A DNA stretch of 63,910 nt, filler included, from Cercozoa sp. M6MM (Eukaryota > Protista > Endomyxa: Ascetosporea), in NCBI GenBank assembly GCA_040357565.1. It is 6 parts of 6 records of this genome, joined end to end, with 100 filler letters (N's around TTAATTAATTAA, not from the genome) between each part and the next. Parts side by side here need not be neighbours in the genome. Positions count along the whole stretch, not along the records: positions 1 to 21,716 come from JBDODJ010000190.1; positions 21,817 to 28,371 come from JBDODJ010000719.1; positions 28,472 to 33,231 come from JBDODJ010001058.1; 3 more parts are not named here. The stretch is one strand, 5' to 3'. Below the pieces are notes generated by a model. The model was not told the origin of the DNA. It saw only the letters and a program-made list of their open reading frames with translations, and ran no database searches. Position numbers and translations under genes: made by a program. Positions 18,144 through 30,200 of this stretch are shown here, piece after piece (within the stretch, counting starts at the first letter, position 1; every line of letters starts with the position of its first letter).

Positions 18144-21100
18144 ATGCGATTACTGCTGTCAATTGTCACGTTGCTGCAGACGATAGTGCTCTCGACCTCA
18201 GGGCGGCAGAGTTTACTTTGGGACGACGAATTTCTGTGTTGGACTCCCGCGCTGATGGGAAGACATCAGAACGGCAGGTACAGGCATAGCTGTAAAAATT
18301 CTTGCAGTTTGAAAGTTGCTGTGATGGAAGTGGAGTTTGAATACAGCTCGAGCGACATGTTTGTCGACGTGCGCGACATCCTTGGGTCACAAGAAAGCAT
18401 GCGCTTGTGCGGCTCGGTGCACTACATGTGGACAGTTGATTCTGAGCTCGCTCCCAGTCTTCGAAAGGGCAACATCGCCGGAGTGCGACGATCCCACACC
18501 GTCAGTGATGCAGAGTCACGGCCCATCGTTTCGTGCGCGCCTGGAAGCGAGTCCCTCGTTGACGCTCGCAGCAGTGAGGTGTCGATGAGTGGACTCATTT
18601 TGCGCAATTGCAATCTGCTCATTGGCGACGGCAGCAATGTCTCGATACGCGACTCATATTTTTACAATTGCACACTCATGATGCATGACAAGGGGTAAGT
18701 ACAAACACCACCAGTCCCTTGTGTCTGTTATTGAGTGACACTACCAGTGCCAAAAAGACGAGCGTTTCCTTACGAAACCTGGAAGGAGAACTCCGTGTGC
18801 ATGTCGAAGTGAGCGGACAGCACGCCGAAGTTAACGTCGACGTCATCGAGTCGCACCTTAGTGCGGCACTGCATGTGACAGGTGTGCAGCATGTCGCACT
18901 GTCTCACTCGTCGTTTCTCAAGAGTGTCGCGCTGACTGTGTGGGACCACGTGACTCTGGACACTGTCATTGTGGACGATCTGTCTGTACGAGGCACTGTG
19001 CACCGAGTCGACCAGCTTCACGAAACTAGCTTCTGGCACAGTGACGGTGTTGTGCGGGAGATGCTTGGTCTATTGGAGGTATCCTGACCTTGAGTGAGGT
19101 GTCAAAGGTGCCAACTGTTGCTGATTAAAAACAAAACACTTGCAGTACCACGAAACCAAGTCTCGGGGACACCACGAGCCTCAAAAACTGACTGCTCAGA
19201 CCGTCACCAATCACAGTTTCGAAGCGACGAAACTGCGTGCACACACACAGCTGGAACTGCCGCGTTCCGCGGTGGTCTCTTGCTTTGTCGCGAGTAGCTC
19301 AATTGGCTCACTCCGAGTGAACAACATCGCTCTGGATGGACACCAGGTCTCTGTGAAACAGGAGCTTTCAATCTCGGGTCACAGCTTTGTTGAACTGCAC
19401 GGAGCCGCACTGCCGCGACACTGTGCTCGTACGACGCCAATGAGCGAGCACACGCCCCGCGTACTGCTGCGCGATGTGCTTTTCTTTGACGACCCAAGCT
19501 TCAGTCGACTGGTGCCACACGGCGAGATCACCGAGGTGCTCCGACGTTTCGTCGATGCCGTCACGTGCGGGGACGAGAACGAGCGCGTTGCGCCCGATTC
19601 CGACTGCCGCGCTGAGACACTGCGTGACTCGCTGCTTCGCCGACACCTCAGTGTGTCGAGCGACACTGTGCATCAACTCGGTCGCAACAAAGACCTGATC
19701 GACCACCTGGCCAGCATATTTCTTCAGCACGTTAAGTGTGAGACTGCACTCTCCCACGCTGTCCGTTACAGCCTCAACAATCAGTTTATTGTTGGAGTTT
19801 GATATCAATTTTTGTCTTGTGTGTGTGATGTGAGCAGGCAGACAATGTCGTGTGTCACGAGGGAGAGAGCGACGAGATGAGAGCAGGAGATCACGGTGCA
19901 GTGACGTGCCGACATTCGTTCAAACCACTGCGCGCATTCTGTGCCATCGATGCGACGGCTCACCAGTTTCAGATCGTCGACTCTGTCCGGCATGGTGGCG
20001 TGCAGTTTGTGCACTGGGAGCACTTCAAGAACACGCACCATGGCAAGCGAATCGCCTCCAAGATTGACGCTTTGCTGCTCGAGTACGTTGAAGCTGACGG
20101 CAGCTGTGAAAGCCGCGAAATCAGCATGGACCAAGTCACTGTGAACCTGCAGCAACACCTGCGCGACGAGCACCATGCCTCTTCTTTTGCCGACTTTGTC
20201 GACCTGCATGTACTGACTGCCTAATGCTTCCAGCTTGAGCAATTGCTTCGTATGATACCGTCTCTTGTGTTAGCTGCCGTCGACGCAAGCACGAGTGCCA
20301 GTGCGCAGCTTGTTAGAGGCAAGCTCCATCAAACAGGTGGATTTGTCTGACGCGTGTGTCGATGATGAGCACCACTTGATGCAGGTACAGTTTCAGTTTT
20401 ATCTATATTTTCTTAGCAGAATACACGGTGACTCTGGTAGGACTGTCAACAAAAAGACATGAGCGTGCACAACTCGGTCCGAACAGTGCTGATGCACCAC
20501 CAGGACGAGTTGTGGTCGGTGGCGACGTCGCTGTCGACTCTGCGACCTGCCGTCACAGTGCTTCGCACAAACGAGTGTCATCTGCCGGAGCTGTCAACAC
20601 CGGTGACAGGTGACTGCTTCCGCGTGGAAGCCAACAACGAGTGTACACTCAAGTGTCCACGCGGCCGCTTCCTACTGAAGCGACGCGGAGCTCACGTCCA
20701 TACGCAGGAAGAAGAGCGACTGCTGCAGCAGCGACGCAAACAGGTGCGCCAGGAGACTGTTCTGTTCGAGGATGCTCTCAGCGCACGCGCGCGTGAACTG
20801 GGGCTGCTCGAGGACGACCTCGACGACGCGCACATTGAGGACTTGACATCTCACATTCCCGAGGCCTTCTTGTCGCACCTGCAACTTGCTGATTTTGATG
20901 ACGAGTTTCTCGACCACGTGCCTCTTCTCTGCCAGGTAATTGATGACTTGTGTCCCTGCAAACACACATACACACGCATCAAGATTTCTTGATGGATACG
21001 TACTACACAGCACGGTCGCTTTTACCACCGGTACGACGGCAGCGCCTACCAACTCGACCGTCCTGTCACGTTGAACGAACTGCGTGACTTCCGGTGCCTG

Positions 21101-21214
21101 ACGCGGGAGGAACTTGCCGCTGCTGCCAGTTCTAGTGACATTGACGCCGATGCTGACGCTGAGAGCCCTCCGCTCGGTGCGAATGTAGATTTGGATTCTG
21201 AGTCAGTGACGTGA
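18144..21214 (+). CDS. Hypothetical secreted protein, possible N-terminal beta-helix-like region, acidic C-terminus
   Basis: Signal-like MRLLLSIVTLLQTIVLS; successive GT-AG-bounded exons (ORFs 18144, 18719, 19140, 19850, 20459); last exon HGRFYHRY...DSESVT*. Confidence 0.6.
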
Positions 21215-21492
21215 CCGGACGGTGACGAGTCTCGCGACTCGGCTCAATTAAGCTTAGTACGATAACGTAAAGTAAGTCAGTACGAGCAAGCCTACCAGTA
21301 CCGTACCGGTAGGCTGCGTTGTGCCGTAAAGCCGATAACTACCGTCTCTATGCGATGATGATAACTACTAAACTCGTTTAGTCGAGTTTCGACGTTCGCT
21401 ATCTATCACGTCAGTCAACGAAAGTGCAGTCGCGAACGCTGACGCTTCCGTCGCTCCTTCCAGTCCAGGAAAGCCTGCAGTTAGTACGGTAG

Positions 21493-21642
21493 TCAAATGA
21501 CCACGAGACAGCATAGTTCGGGGAGTACCAGGACAGAGGCGATTAGTGCGAGCACGCCGGTGCAGACCAGTGCGGTGAGGCCGAGCGACGGCGACTGCGT
21601 CAGGTCAAGCTGCAGGAACCACTTGTGCGACTCGTGCAGCTG
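21493..21642 (-). CDS. Terminal exon of a truncated membrane-protein gene
   Basis: Acceptor ttgcag, then LHESHKWFLQLDLTQSPSLGLTALVCTGVLALIASVLV...; the upstream sequence is lost at the contig end. Confidence 0.4.
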   Translation of the reverse strand, partial: QLHESHKWFLQLDLTQSPSLGLTALVCTGVLALIASVLVLPELCCLVVI

Positions 21643-21666
21643 CAAGCAAGACAGGCCACCAATGAG

Positions 21667-21667
21667 C

Positions 21668-21716
<49 letters not shown>
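21667..21716. repeat. (AAC)n microsatellite at a contig end
   Basis: Perfect trinucleotide run. Confidence 0.95.
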
Positions 21717-21760
21717 NNNNNNNNNNNNNNNNNNNNNNNNNNNNNNNNNNNNNNNNNNNN

Positions 21761-21772
21761 TTAATTAATTAA
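21761..21772. other. Artificial contig linker TTAATTAATTAA in an N-run (also at 28416, 33276, 55761 and 61058)
   Basis: Identical six-frame-stop 12-mer centred in equal N padding five times; the genes on either side are truncated. Confidence 0.95.
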
Positions 21773-21816
21773 NNNNNNNNNNNNNNNNNNNNNNNNNNNN
21801 NNNNNNNNNNNNNNNN

Positions 21817-21893
<77 letters not shown>

Positions 21894-21939
21894 AATATGT
21901 ATATCTGATGGGTCAAAACGCATGTGTGTGCGTGATACA

Positions 21940-22605
21940 AGCGACAAAGTGACGCGTTTCGTCCGCCAAAACGTTGACAAAATCGTCAAAGAACTCTTCT
22001 GGCAGATCGCTTTCCTGCAGAACACTGGCAAATGGAACGCAATATCTCTGCATGAGAACCAATACAGTTGCGCGGCAGATCGAATCGGCGTACAGGTCCA
22101 TTGCGTTCACTTCAATGTGCGCCACCGCGTGTACCACATACTGGACAAAGATGGCACAATGTCAGACCCTGTGACTTGTGCACGCCAGGCTTAAATTACC
22201 ACAGGCAACGATGACACCTCGGGCCGAAACTTGCATTTCTTTGGCACCAGCAGCTCTGGCTTTTCTGGTCGACCAGGCAATTCAGGAAGCTCCACTTTCT
22301 TGCCTACAAAGCGCCGTATCGAGCATTCATCACAAACTGCACCAGTGTACACTAGTCCGAATTCACCCCTGCTACATCGTACAGTTATGGCTCTTTTTCG
22401 CCACAAATCTGCACACTCTGCAGCCAGCAAAGCCTTGGTTCGAACATCATCTGCGCGGACGATGTCTGCCGCCAGCTCCTGAAGCGACCCGGCCTGGAAA
22501 CGAACAAAGTCAAGTCGACTTCCGTCAAACTTGTCAATAACTGAATGACAAATACTCTACACTGAACCGGCGGCGTTGTGAGTACGCCGATAAGATAGAT
22601 CTCAT
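21940..22605 (-). CDS. DUF455 ferritin-like domain protein, probably mitochondrial; 3'-truncated
   Basis: MRSILSAYSQRRRFS|AGSLQELAADIVRADDVRTKA...LPGRPEKPELL...HAVAHIEVNAMDL...FFDDFVNVLADETRHF matches the DUF455 motifs H.IAHIE.NA.DL and DE.RHF. Confidence 0.8.
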
Positions 22606-23150
22606 CAATTTCACACCAGTGGACACCAGGTGGAGCACTAAAAGCAAGCGATCGCCAAGCCGCGACCAGTGGAACGCCGGCAAAAATCAAAAATACAAAA
22701 TCTACAACCCCCTCTTTTTGATACACTTGTTGGTACGCTCCCCTTAGATCCGCCGAAGTGCTGAAGTGCGTCTGGCAGCTCTCTGCTGCATGCTGCGCAT
22801 TTTTGCTGGGTTTTGTGGTTTTGCGCGTGCGCGCTGGTGTGTTGTGTTGTGTGTGTGTCGGTGTTGGGATTTATCACCACGTCGCAGTTCGCCTCACGGG
22901 TTCAACACAAGATGATTGTGCACTGAACTTTGTGAGTGTGGCCGAGCTGCGTGCGATAGCCACACTGTCCCTCGTGGCAGAGGGCCATGACGTGGGCATA
23001 TACGGATCGTTCCGGGATGGCCTGTCGCTGTGTTGTCATTTGGTGGCGCGCAGCGTGGGCTGTCTCGGCGCGGCCCGTCGCCTGCGCATGCGTGTTATTG
23101 TTGCTGAGAGAGAAACCCCAATGGAATGGCATGGCGCAGAGAGACACACG

Positions 23151-23825
23151 ATGAGCGTGACGCTGAAGTTCCACAAGCGCGAGGAGTCGTCGCTGACCGA
23201 GATCGAGAAGGACGTGGCCAACGCGCTCCTCGACATCGAGGTCACCGTGAAGGACCTCAAGTCGCTCCTGCGCCCGCTCAAGATCGCCAAGGTCAAGCAG
23301 GTCGAGCTCGGCGCCGGCAAGAAGGCCATCGTCATCTTCGTGCCGTTCGTGATGCACCAGAAGTACCGTGGCGTGCAGACGCGCCTCACGCGCGCCCTCG
23401 AGAAGAAGTTCTCGGGCAGCCACGTTGTCTTCGTCGCCCAGCGCACGATCCTGCCGCCGTCGCACGCCCGCAAGGTGCGTCGGGATGCATCTGCTGTGTG
23501 TGTGTGTGTGTGTGTCTTGTGTATGTGATGTAATCTCGTTGCTGGACAGGGTCTCGGTCTGCGCCCGCGTTCGCGCACGCTGACTGCCGTGCACGAGGCC
23601 GTCCTTGATGACATCGTCTACCCGATCAACATTGTCGGCAAGCGCACGCGCATCCGCCTCGACGGCACCAAGCTGCTCAAGGTGCACCTCGACGCCGCCA
23701 AGGAGGCCGACTACGAGGCCAAGGTCGCCACGTTCCAGGCTGTCTACAAGAAGCTCACGAACAAGAACGTTGCCTTCGAGTTCGTCGCTCAGATCAAGCC
23801 TAAGTCGAAGGGCTCGTCGGAGTAA
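23151..23825 (+). CDS. RPS7: 40S ribosomal protein S7 (eS7); CDS intron 23475-23549, probable additional 5'UTR intron(s)
   Basis: KKAIVIFVP...[24 protein letters not shown]...[35 protein letters not shown]...[14 protein letters not shown]; strongly biased codon usage. Confidence 0.97.
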
Positions 23826-23970
23826 AACGCCTGGCGTTTTCTTTGATCTACATGCGCGCGGTCTCGTCTTAGCTGTGTGTGTTCCTACCTAACAAGTGGC
23901 TATCCTGATTGCTCATTGCTCATTTACTACCGGAGTACTACTATAAGTCAAAATGCCGTGTCCCGCACCG

Positions 23971-25235
23971 CTACTGCTGTGCAGAGACGTCTTGCATGAT
24001 ACCTGTGATTTCACCAAGCACGGCATTTTCGCGGATCTGTGCTTGCATTGCGGAAATCTGGTTGTTCTTTTTCTGCACCACCTCACGGATGCGACTCTCG
24101 AGCTTTGACAACTCGTGCTCAAAATGCCGCCTCTGTTCTGCGGTGTGTGCTTTGTGCTGACTTCGCACTTGCAGCAGCTCGGAAGCGTGCTGTCTTCGTA
24201 TGCTTGCCAGTTCCTGTTCGTGTCGTTGTTGCTGGCTGGTCAACATGCCGCGCAGCGACGCGTTTTCAATTCGCAACTCAGTCAGTTCGACTTTCAAGCT
24301 ATCGCGAATATCTTCGCTATCTTTGCATCGCCGTTTCAGTGAAGCTACATCCTCACGCAGGTCGGAAACATCGCTATTTAGGGCAGCATTCAGTGCCTGT
24401 GTCTTTTCGACTTCGTCTCTTGCCGCAGCAAGTTGCGACTCCTTCTGTACTTGCTAGTTGTTCCCAGAACTAGACAACGCTGATTACTGTAAATGAAAGT
24501 CAAAGCGACGGTACCAAGTCATTTGCTGCGGAGAAGCGCTGTGCCGACAACCGCTCAATTTCTTGAACCCTCGCAGCATGCAGCTGCGCAGTCTGCTCGG
24601 CCTGGCGTTTCATGCGTTGCACCATTGCTGATGAAATGAAATCTCAACTGTCAACTGTTGTCGCAAGTCCAACGGTGTTGAATACCTTGAAGCTTGCGCA
24701 TTTCTCGGTTGCGATGTTGAGACACTTCTGCCTTCGCCCGCAACCGCTCTCTGTTCAGTTCCGGCTGGAACTGTTTTGCAAACTGTGCCTTCTCTTCTTC
24801 GATCTGTCGCCGCATCTCACGCCGAGCAATCTTCCTCTCATGTGCGATTCTGTCATTGTGTTTTGACTTTAGCCCCGCGATTGTAGCTTCATGCTGCTCG
24901 TTGAGCGTGGCGCACTGCCTGTTTAATTCGAGACATCTCTGTTGCTGCTGCTTTAGTTCCTCGTTTATACGCAAGACATCAGATCGAATTTGCATGCGCA
25001 CGTCGGTGAAGGCGTTTCGAATTTTCGCTTCCACTTGGTACTTCAAATCGTGCTTCTCAAACAAAGCAAGCACTAGCTGCTCCACTGCGGCAAGGCCTTG
25101 AGGTTCTGCAGTCCGTTCTCCACTGAATCCACCCTGTCGCAGGTCCTCGCCGAGTCGGACGGAATTCGTTGACCGCTCGTGCTGCCTTAAGGCAGCGATT
25201 GCCTTCTCATACTCAGCACCACTCAGTCGCGTCAT
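23971..25235 (-). CDS. Coiled-coil protein with a CEP131/AZI1-like C-terminus; 3 exons
   Basis: Heptad- and charge-rich throughout. The C-terminal ELSKLESRIREVVQKKNNQISAMQAQI resembles the CEP131 terminal motif as recalled (unverified). Confidence 0.55.
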
Positions 25236-25414
25236 GCTGATCGGATACAGAGGGTGTACAGTAGGTAGGGAAATCCTGAATCGTGCGAAACTGTGAATCG
25301 TGTTTTTATCTTAACAAACCATGACCCGCGCGGAGTGTGAAAAATAAACCTGACCCCAAGGATTTAGAGCCGCAACTTCCGCATGTTGAAGAGTACAGCA
25401 CATGGAACGAGGCT

Positions 25415-28246
25415 ATGACCTTGTTTGACCTGGTACAGTGCTGGGAATTCGACACGTCGCGACAGCAAGTTTCGAGGAACGAGCAGTTGCGAGCGAACAG
25501 CCGAAATGAAGCATCTCCCAAGGCGGAAGAGCCTGTGATAGTGGACTTCGGTGTTACACAAGTGAGCTCCGAGGTTGTGATAGGACTACCTGACTCGGTG
25601 AGTGTCATTCTCAGCGGCAATTTCGGCGGTCTTTTTCGCATCTTTCTTGCAACAAGCCCTCGCGAAGGTTTCTCTGCCGACGACTTACTTCTAGAGCAGA
25701 GCCTGGGGAAACCGATTCTACAGCTTTCGATTGGTCGCTTTACTGCGTACGCTCGTTTTAGCTGTCCGTGTTTACAGAACACGTTGCTGCAGTTCAGGTA
25801 TCGGGAAGCAGCTGGCGATTTTGCACACGAGCGAAGTTGCAGTGTATGAACTGTACTGGCATGAAGAAGGTAGGCATGTCGAAATGAGAAGGGTATTCGC
25901 AACGACTCTTGGAGGACAGCAAAGTGCCTTGTGTGCCGTCAACATGTGCCACGGTCGTTTTGGCGGAACACAAATTGATCAGATCTGTGTGCAGTCACTG
26001 GGAGGTGAATGGACGTTTTTGAACGAAGGAGGCAAACTCTTTTCAGTGTGTCACAGTGGCACCCTTCTCTGTGGTCCGCTTGCGTACTCCACAAACACTG
26101 ACAGCATTGTCGCAAGCAATGGAGTCATCGACATTGTGTCGTTCAAGTATCACACACTCCAAGCTGCGGGGCGATCGCAGGCGCACATTGGCGTGACAGA
26201 AAGCGCCCCTTCACAGCTGCGAGGGAAACCCCTAAAAGCACCCACACTTTGTCATGAAGATGAGCGCACAAAGTTTGAGGCGGAGGAGCGGAAGCATCAA
26301 AGTCGCCGATTGGACGCTTCGTCGATTGAGAGTGTTTGGGGGTTCCAGGTCGGAGCAGATGTACTGCAGCTCAGCACCTACAGGAACGACAGAATACTGT
26401 GTTTGACGCCTCATACGTTGTACGAGGTGCAAGCCGACACAGGACACCTGATGTTCCAGCTTCGATTCGATTTCATTGCGACCTGCTTTGCCGTCGTTGG
26501 CGAAGATAATCAGTTTCTTGTGTCGACTGACGAGAATCAACTCAAATTGTTCCACAGCGAGCGACTCATCTGGGCCTGTCACTGCAAAGTTGGCAGTACG
26601 ATCGTGGATATTCTCAAGACTGGTCGATTGTTTCGTGAAGACAGTTGCACGGGTTGGATTGTAACTCTAACAGCTGCGGGCAAGCTGCGGGCAGGGTGCT
26701 TCGGCACGAAATCTCTTGACGCCAGTGCGCGAGAGGCAGATAAAATCGACCTACCACCCTACTCGAAAGCAACAATTGCAGAGTACAAGCAGTTGCTAAA
26801 GCAGATTCAGACAATTGAAAGCGGCAGCTGCCTTGTGTCTGAGAGAAACGCAGAGTCAATCATCTTCAAGCTTACGGCAAGTTTCCATGATGACTCAAAC
26901 GAAACTCAGGCAGGCAACACGGAGGCATTGGTGATGCGAATTGAACGGCAGTACGACGGAACAGGACGCAGACTCTCGCTTGCGAGACATCGCAGGAGCA
27001 TTGTGCATGCAAGGTGTCGGTTCACCTTAACGTTGTCGGACAGTGGCCCGACTGCAGACCGCTGCTCCTTTCAGAACGTCAGCGTCACGTTGCAGCTGCC
27101 TCATGGCATCGAGGCGTCGGAATCCCAGTTCAAGTTTGCCGAGCTTCCGCTGAATCAAGGAGTTCAGTTTGACGCGACGTTCTTTGTTAAGTCGGATTCC
27201 TTCATCGCCTCTTCTTTCTTGCAGGTCGCAACTTCGCTGACACAGATTCAAGCAGGGACACAAAAAACAGTGTGTTTTAACGAGCAAGTCGCCCTCCCAA
27301 GCAAGCTCTACATCTGCAGCAGCGAGACTGGCGACTCGTCAGTTCAAGGGAAATCCCCTTCAGTTGTGTTTGGTCTTTTTCCTAAACCAAGCTCGGTGCC
27401 CTCCGTTGCGCGACGCCTGGGAATAAGAGATGAAACTCAAGTACCGTTGGTGTGCACTCTGTTCACCAGCGCAAGCGAGTTTGCTACCGTCTGCGCACAG
27501 CTGGAACACGATCGTTTGTCGCTCTACTCGAGTAGCGACAAAGCGCTGTGCACGGCAGTTGCAGCACTCGAAGCCACCAAGACCTTGTTCTACGTGCCCG
27601 ATGCGCCGGTTCGAAGCCTGTCTCTCTGTGTCGGTGAACTGTTGCAGCTTGGCAAGAACATTTTCGAGTGCGAGCAACAGCTTGAAAACCTCAGCACGTC
27701 ATTTCGATACATACAACAACGCCTACTCACGAGATACCGGGACAAAGCCTCTGACAGTTTGAACCATGTAAACCTTCACTTCAGTTGTTTTTGCTATTTC
27801 GCTAAAGTTAAGTAAATGTTACACAGTTTGATGAACTTCTGCAAGAGAACGTCAATGAACTGCACGAAAAGATTCGACTTCGAGAGCAACTGTCCTCGCA
27901 GTTTCATCGCAAAGCAAAAGATACCCGCACTATCGCAAGCCTCGTCGCTTTGGTTGCCGAACACGCTAGCGTAAAAACGCAAAAGGCCAGTCAAAGCTAC
28001 GTGTCAATGAGAGACCTACTCGAGCTCGAGTCAACTTTCAGCGAAGAGTGGGATCGCCTTTGGCCTGGACGAGTACTGTGCTCATTGGTGCACGCACTGC
28101 GGCACGAATGGAGTACACCAGCAACACGAAAGCGTACACGCGCATTGGCGCAGTTGCATGCCGGTGGTGCCAACGACGTACTCAGAGAGAATCCCGAACT
28201 GTTTGACGAGATTTTGCAACTTTCAGTTGCCCAACTGGCGTCGTGA
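25415..28246 (+). CDS. BBS9: BBSome subunit BBS9 (PTHB1)
   Basis: MTLFDLVQCW, ILSGNFGGLFRIF, DLLLEQSLGKPILQLSIGRF, LAILH, NMCHGRFGG..DQICVQSL, LCGPLAY...DSIV, FRYIQQRLLTRYRDK; introns near 25747 and 27768. Confidence 0.9.
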
Positions 28247-28499
28247 GAGGACCGTGCCAGCATACGATACCGACATACCCGCCCTGTCATTTAAGTCTAA
28301 ATCATCGATCGGGCCTTCGCCACATACAGCTAAATGCAGTGAAGTTGGCCGATCAAAAATAGTCCTATGTANNNNNNNNNNNNNNNNNNNNNNNNNNNNN
28401 NNNNNNNNNNNNNNNTTAATTAATTAANNNNNNNNNNNNNNNNNNNNNNNNNNNNNNNNNNNNNNNNNNNNAAAGGGGCAAAGGGGGGGGGGAGAGCAC

Positions 28500-30157
28500 C
28501 AAGAGTCAGGGCGGCAAAGTCATGCAGAGTGGCTCGTTGCAGCACGTCCACTTCCTTTCTGGGGGTGGAGTAAAGGGAGGGCAAACAGAGGGTAAAAAGG
28601 GGCAAAGAGGGGGTATAGAGGGGCGTAAAGAGGTCACAAAGGGGGTAAAGAGGGAGCAAAGAGAGAGTAAAGAAGGGCAAAAAGGAGGGACAAGGTTGTA
28701 AAGAGAGATATAGTAAAAAGGACTCACACAGAGTCGAGAAAATCGGCGACCGAATCGGCGTGTAGTTCGGTTGAAACTTTGAGTTCGCGAAACCGACTTA
28801 AGAACGCGCGAAGAACGCTCGAAGAACAGAAGTTTTCCAGGAACTTTCTCCATTCCCTCAGTGTTCCTGTCTCTCCGCGTAGGTGCAGCAGCCGTCGTCG
28901 CACGTGCTCGCTCCTGTTGACGCTGAAGGCAACTCGCAGAAAACCGACGCGCGAGTCGCCACGTGAAGTGATCAGTTGCTCGTCTGCGTGCAAGTGCAGT
29001 AAAAAAGTACCACATGTGACCTCGAGTCAGACGTACCTGGGCATGCAAAGTACGCACTCAGCACGTCGTCGATCTCGTCGACGTCGCGCATCTCGCGCAT
29101 GTCGAACACTGGCCTCGCGAAAGGGTAGACAGTGGGTAAATGGGAGGTAAACAGGGGTAACTAAGGAGGTAAACAGGGAGTAAACAAGGGTAAATATGGG
29201 TAGACAGGGGGAGGGGGTAAATAGGGAAGTAAACAGGGCGGTATCGACAAACAGAGCAACCTACGAGGCACCCAGAGTTCGACGACGGCACCATGTCGCT
29301 CGCTGTGTCGCCACAGTGCACGCAGTGGCACGTAGGCTGTCTGCGAGAGGGGGCGGTGTTGTTTTGCACCTATTATACATGGTACCTACAGTCAAAAAGT
29401 ACTCCAATACGACGCCGACGGAAACCAGTCTCACGCACAACGAAAGTGAACATGCTACAGGATCAACAAGAAGGGTGACACGGGGGGGCAATGGGGGTAA
29501 AGATGAGTACCGTTTGTCGCGAAGACTGATGTCGCTGAGGTGCAGCGCAAAGTGCTGCCGCCATTCGGCTGACATGTTGCCTGCAGGTACAGCGGGAATA
29601 ACAAAGTGGGACCAGGCTACTGCATGGATTGAGTTGTACCTTTGGAAAAGAGTGCCCGAGTTGCAAAAGCCTTGGCTCCCAACGATGCCTCGCAGAGCTG
29701 CTCTCCAACAGTGTATGTATAGGTTATTGAAGTTATGTATAGGTATTATGTGTATATGTGGGTATATGTATATGCATATGTGTTATGAATAGTAATAGGT
29801 ACAGAGAAACAGACCAGTCGCTTGTGTCGCCAGGTGTCATCCACTTCACTCAACGGCCTTACCTGCAAGAAATTCTTTTAGATATACAACACACATATAT
29901 ATATATATTTTTTTTTAATAAGTATGCAAACTCCGACAAGGTACTGCAGTGTACCTGCAGAATGTGTACTAGTATTTGCGCGCAGAACTCCTGCCAGAAC
30001 ACGTCCTTGCGGAGGTACTGCAGACTGCCGGTTTTCGGTGCGACTTGTGCACTCGTATCCGTGCCTTGCAGTGGGCTGATGAAAATACAAAGAATAATAT
30101 ATATATATGTAATACATACATGCGTACACACAATACATACATACATATATTACATGC

Positions 30158-30200
<43 letters not shown>

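Noticed and set aside
21717-21815. Repeated TTAATTAATTAA palindrome, and gene adjacency across N-runs
   Set aside because: Artificial spacer; neighbourhoods across these points carry no biological meaning
23100-23145. CTGAGA...ACCC resembling a TPP riboswitch
   Set aside because: Lacks the ACCTGA/TAAT/AGGGA half of the aptamer
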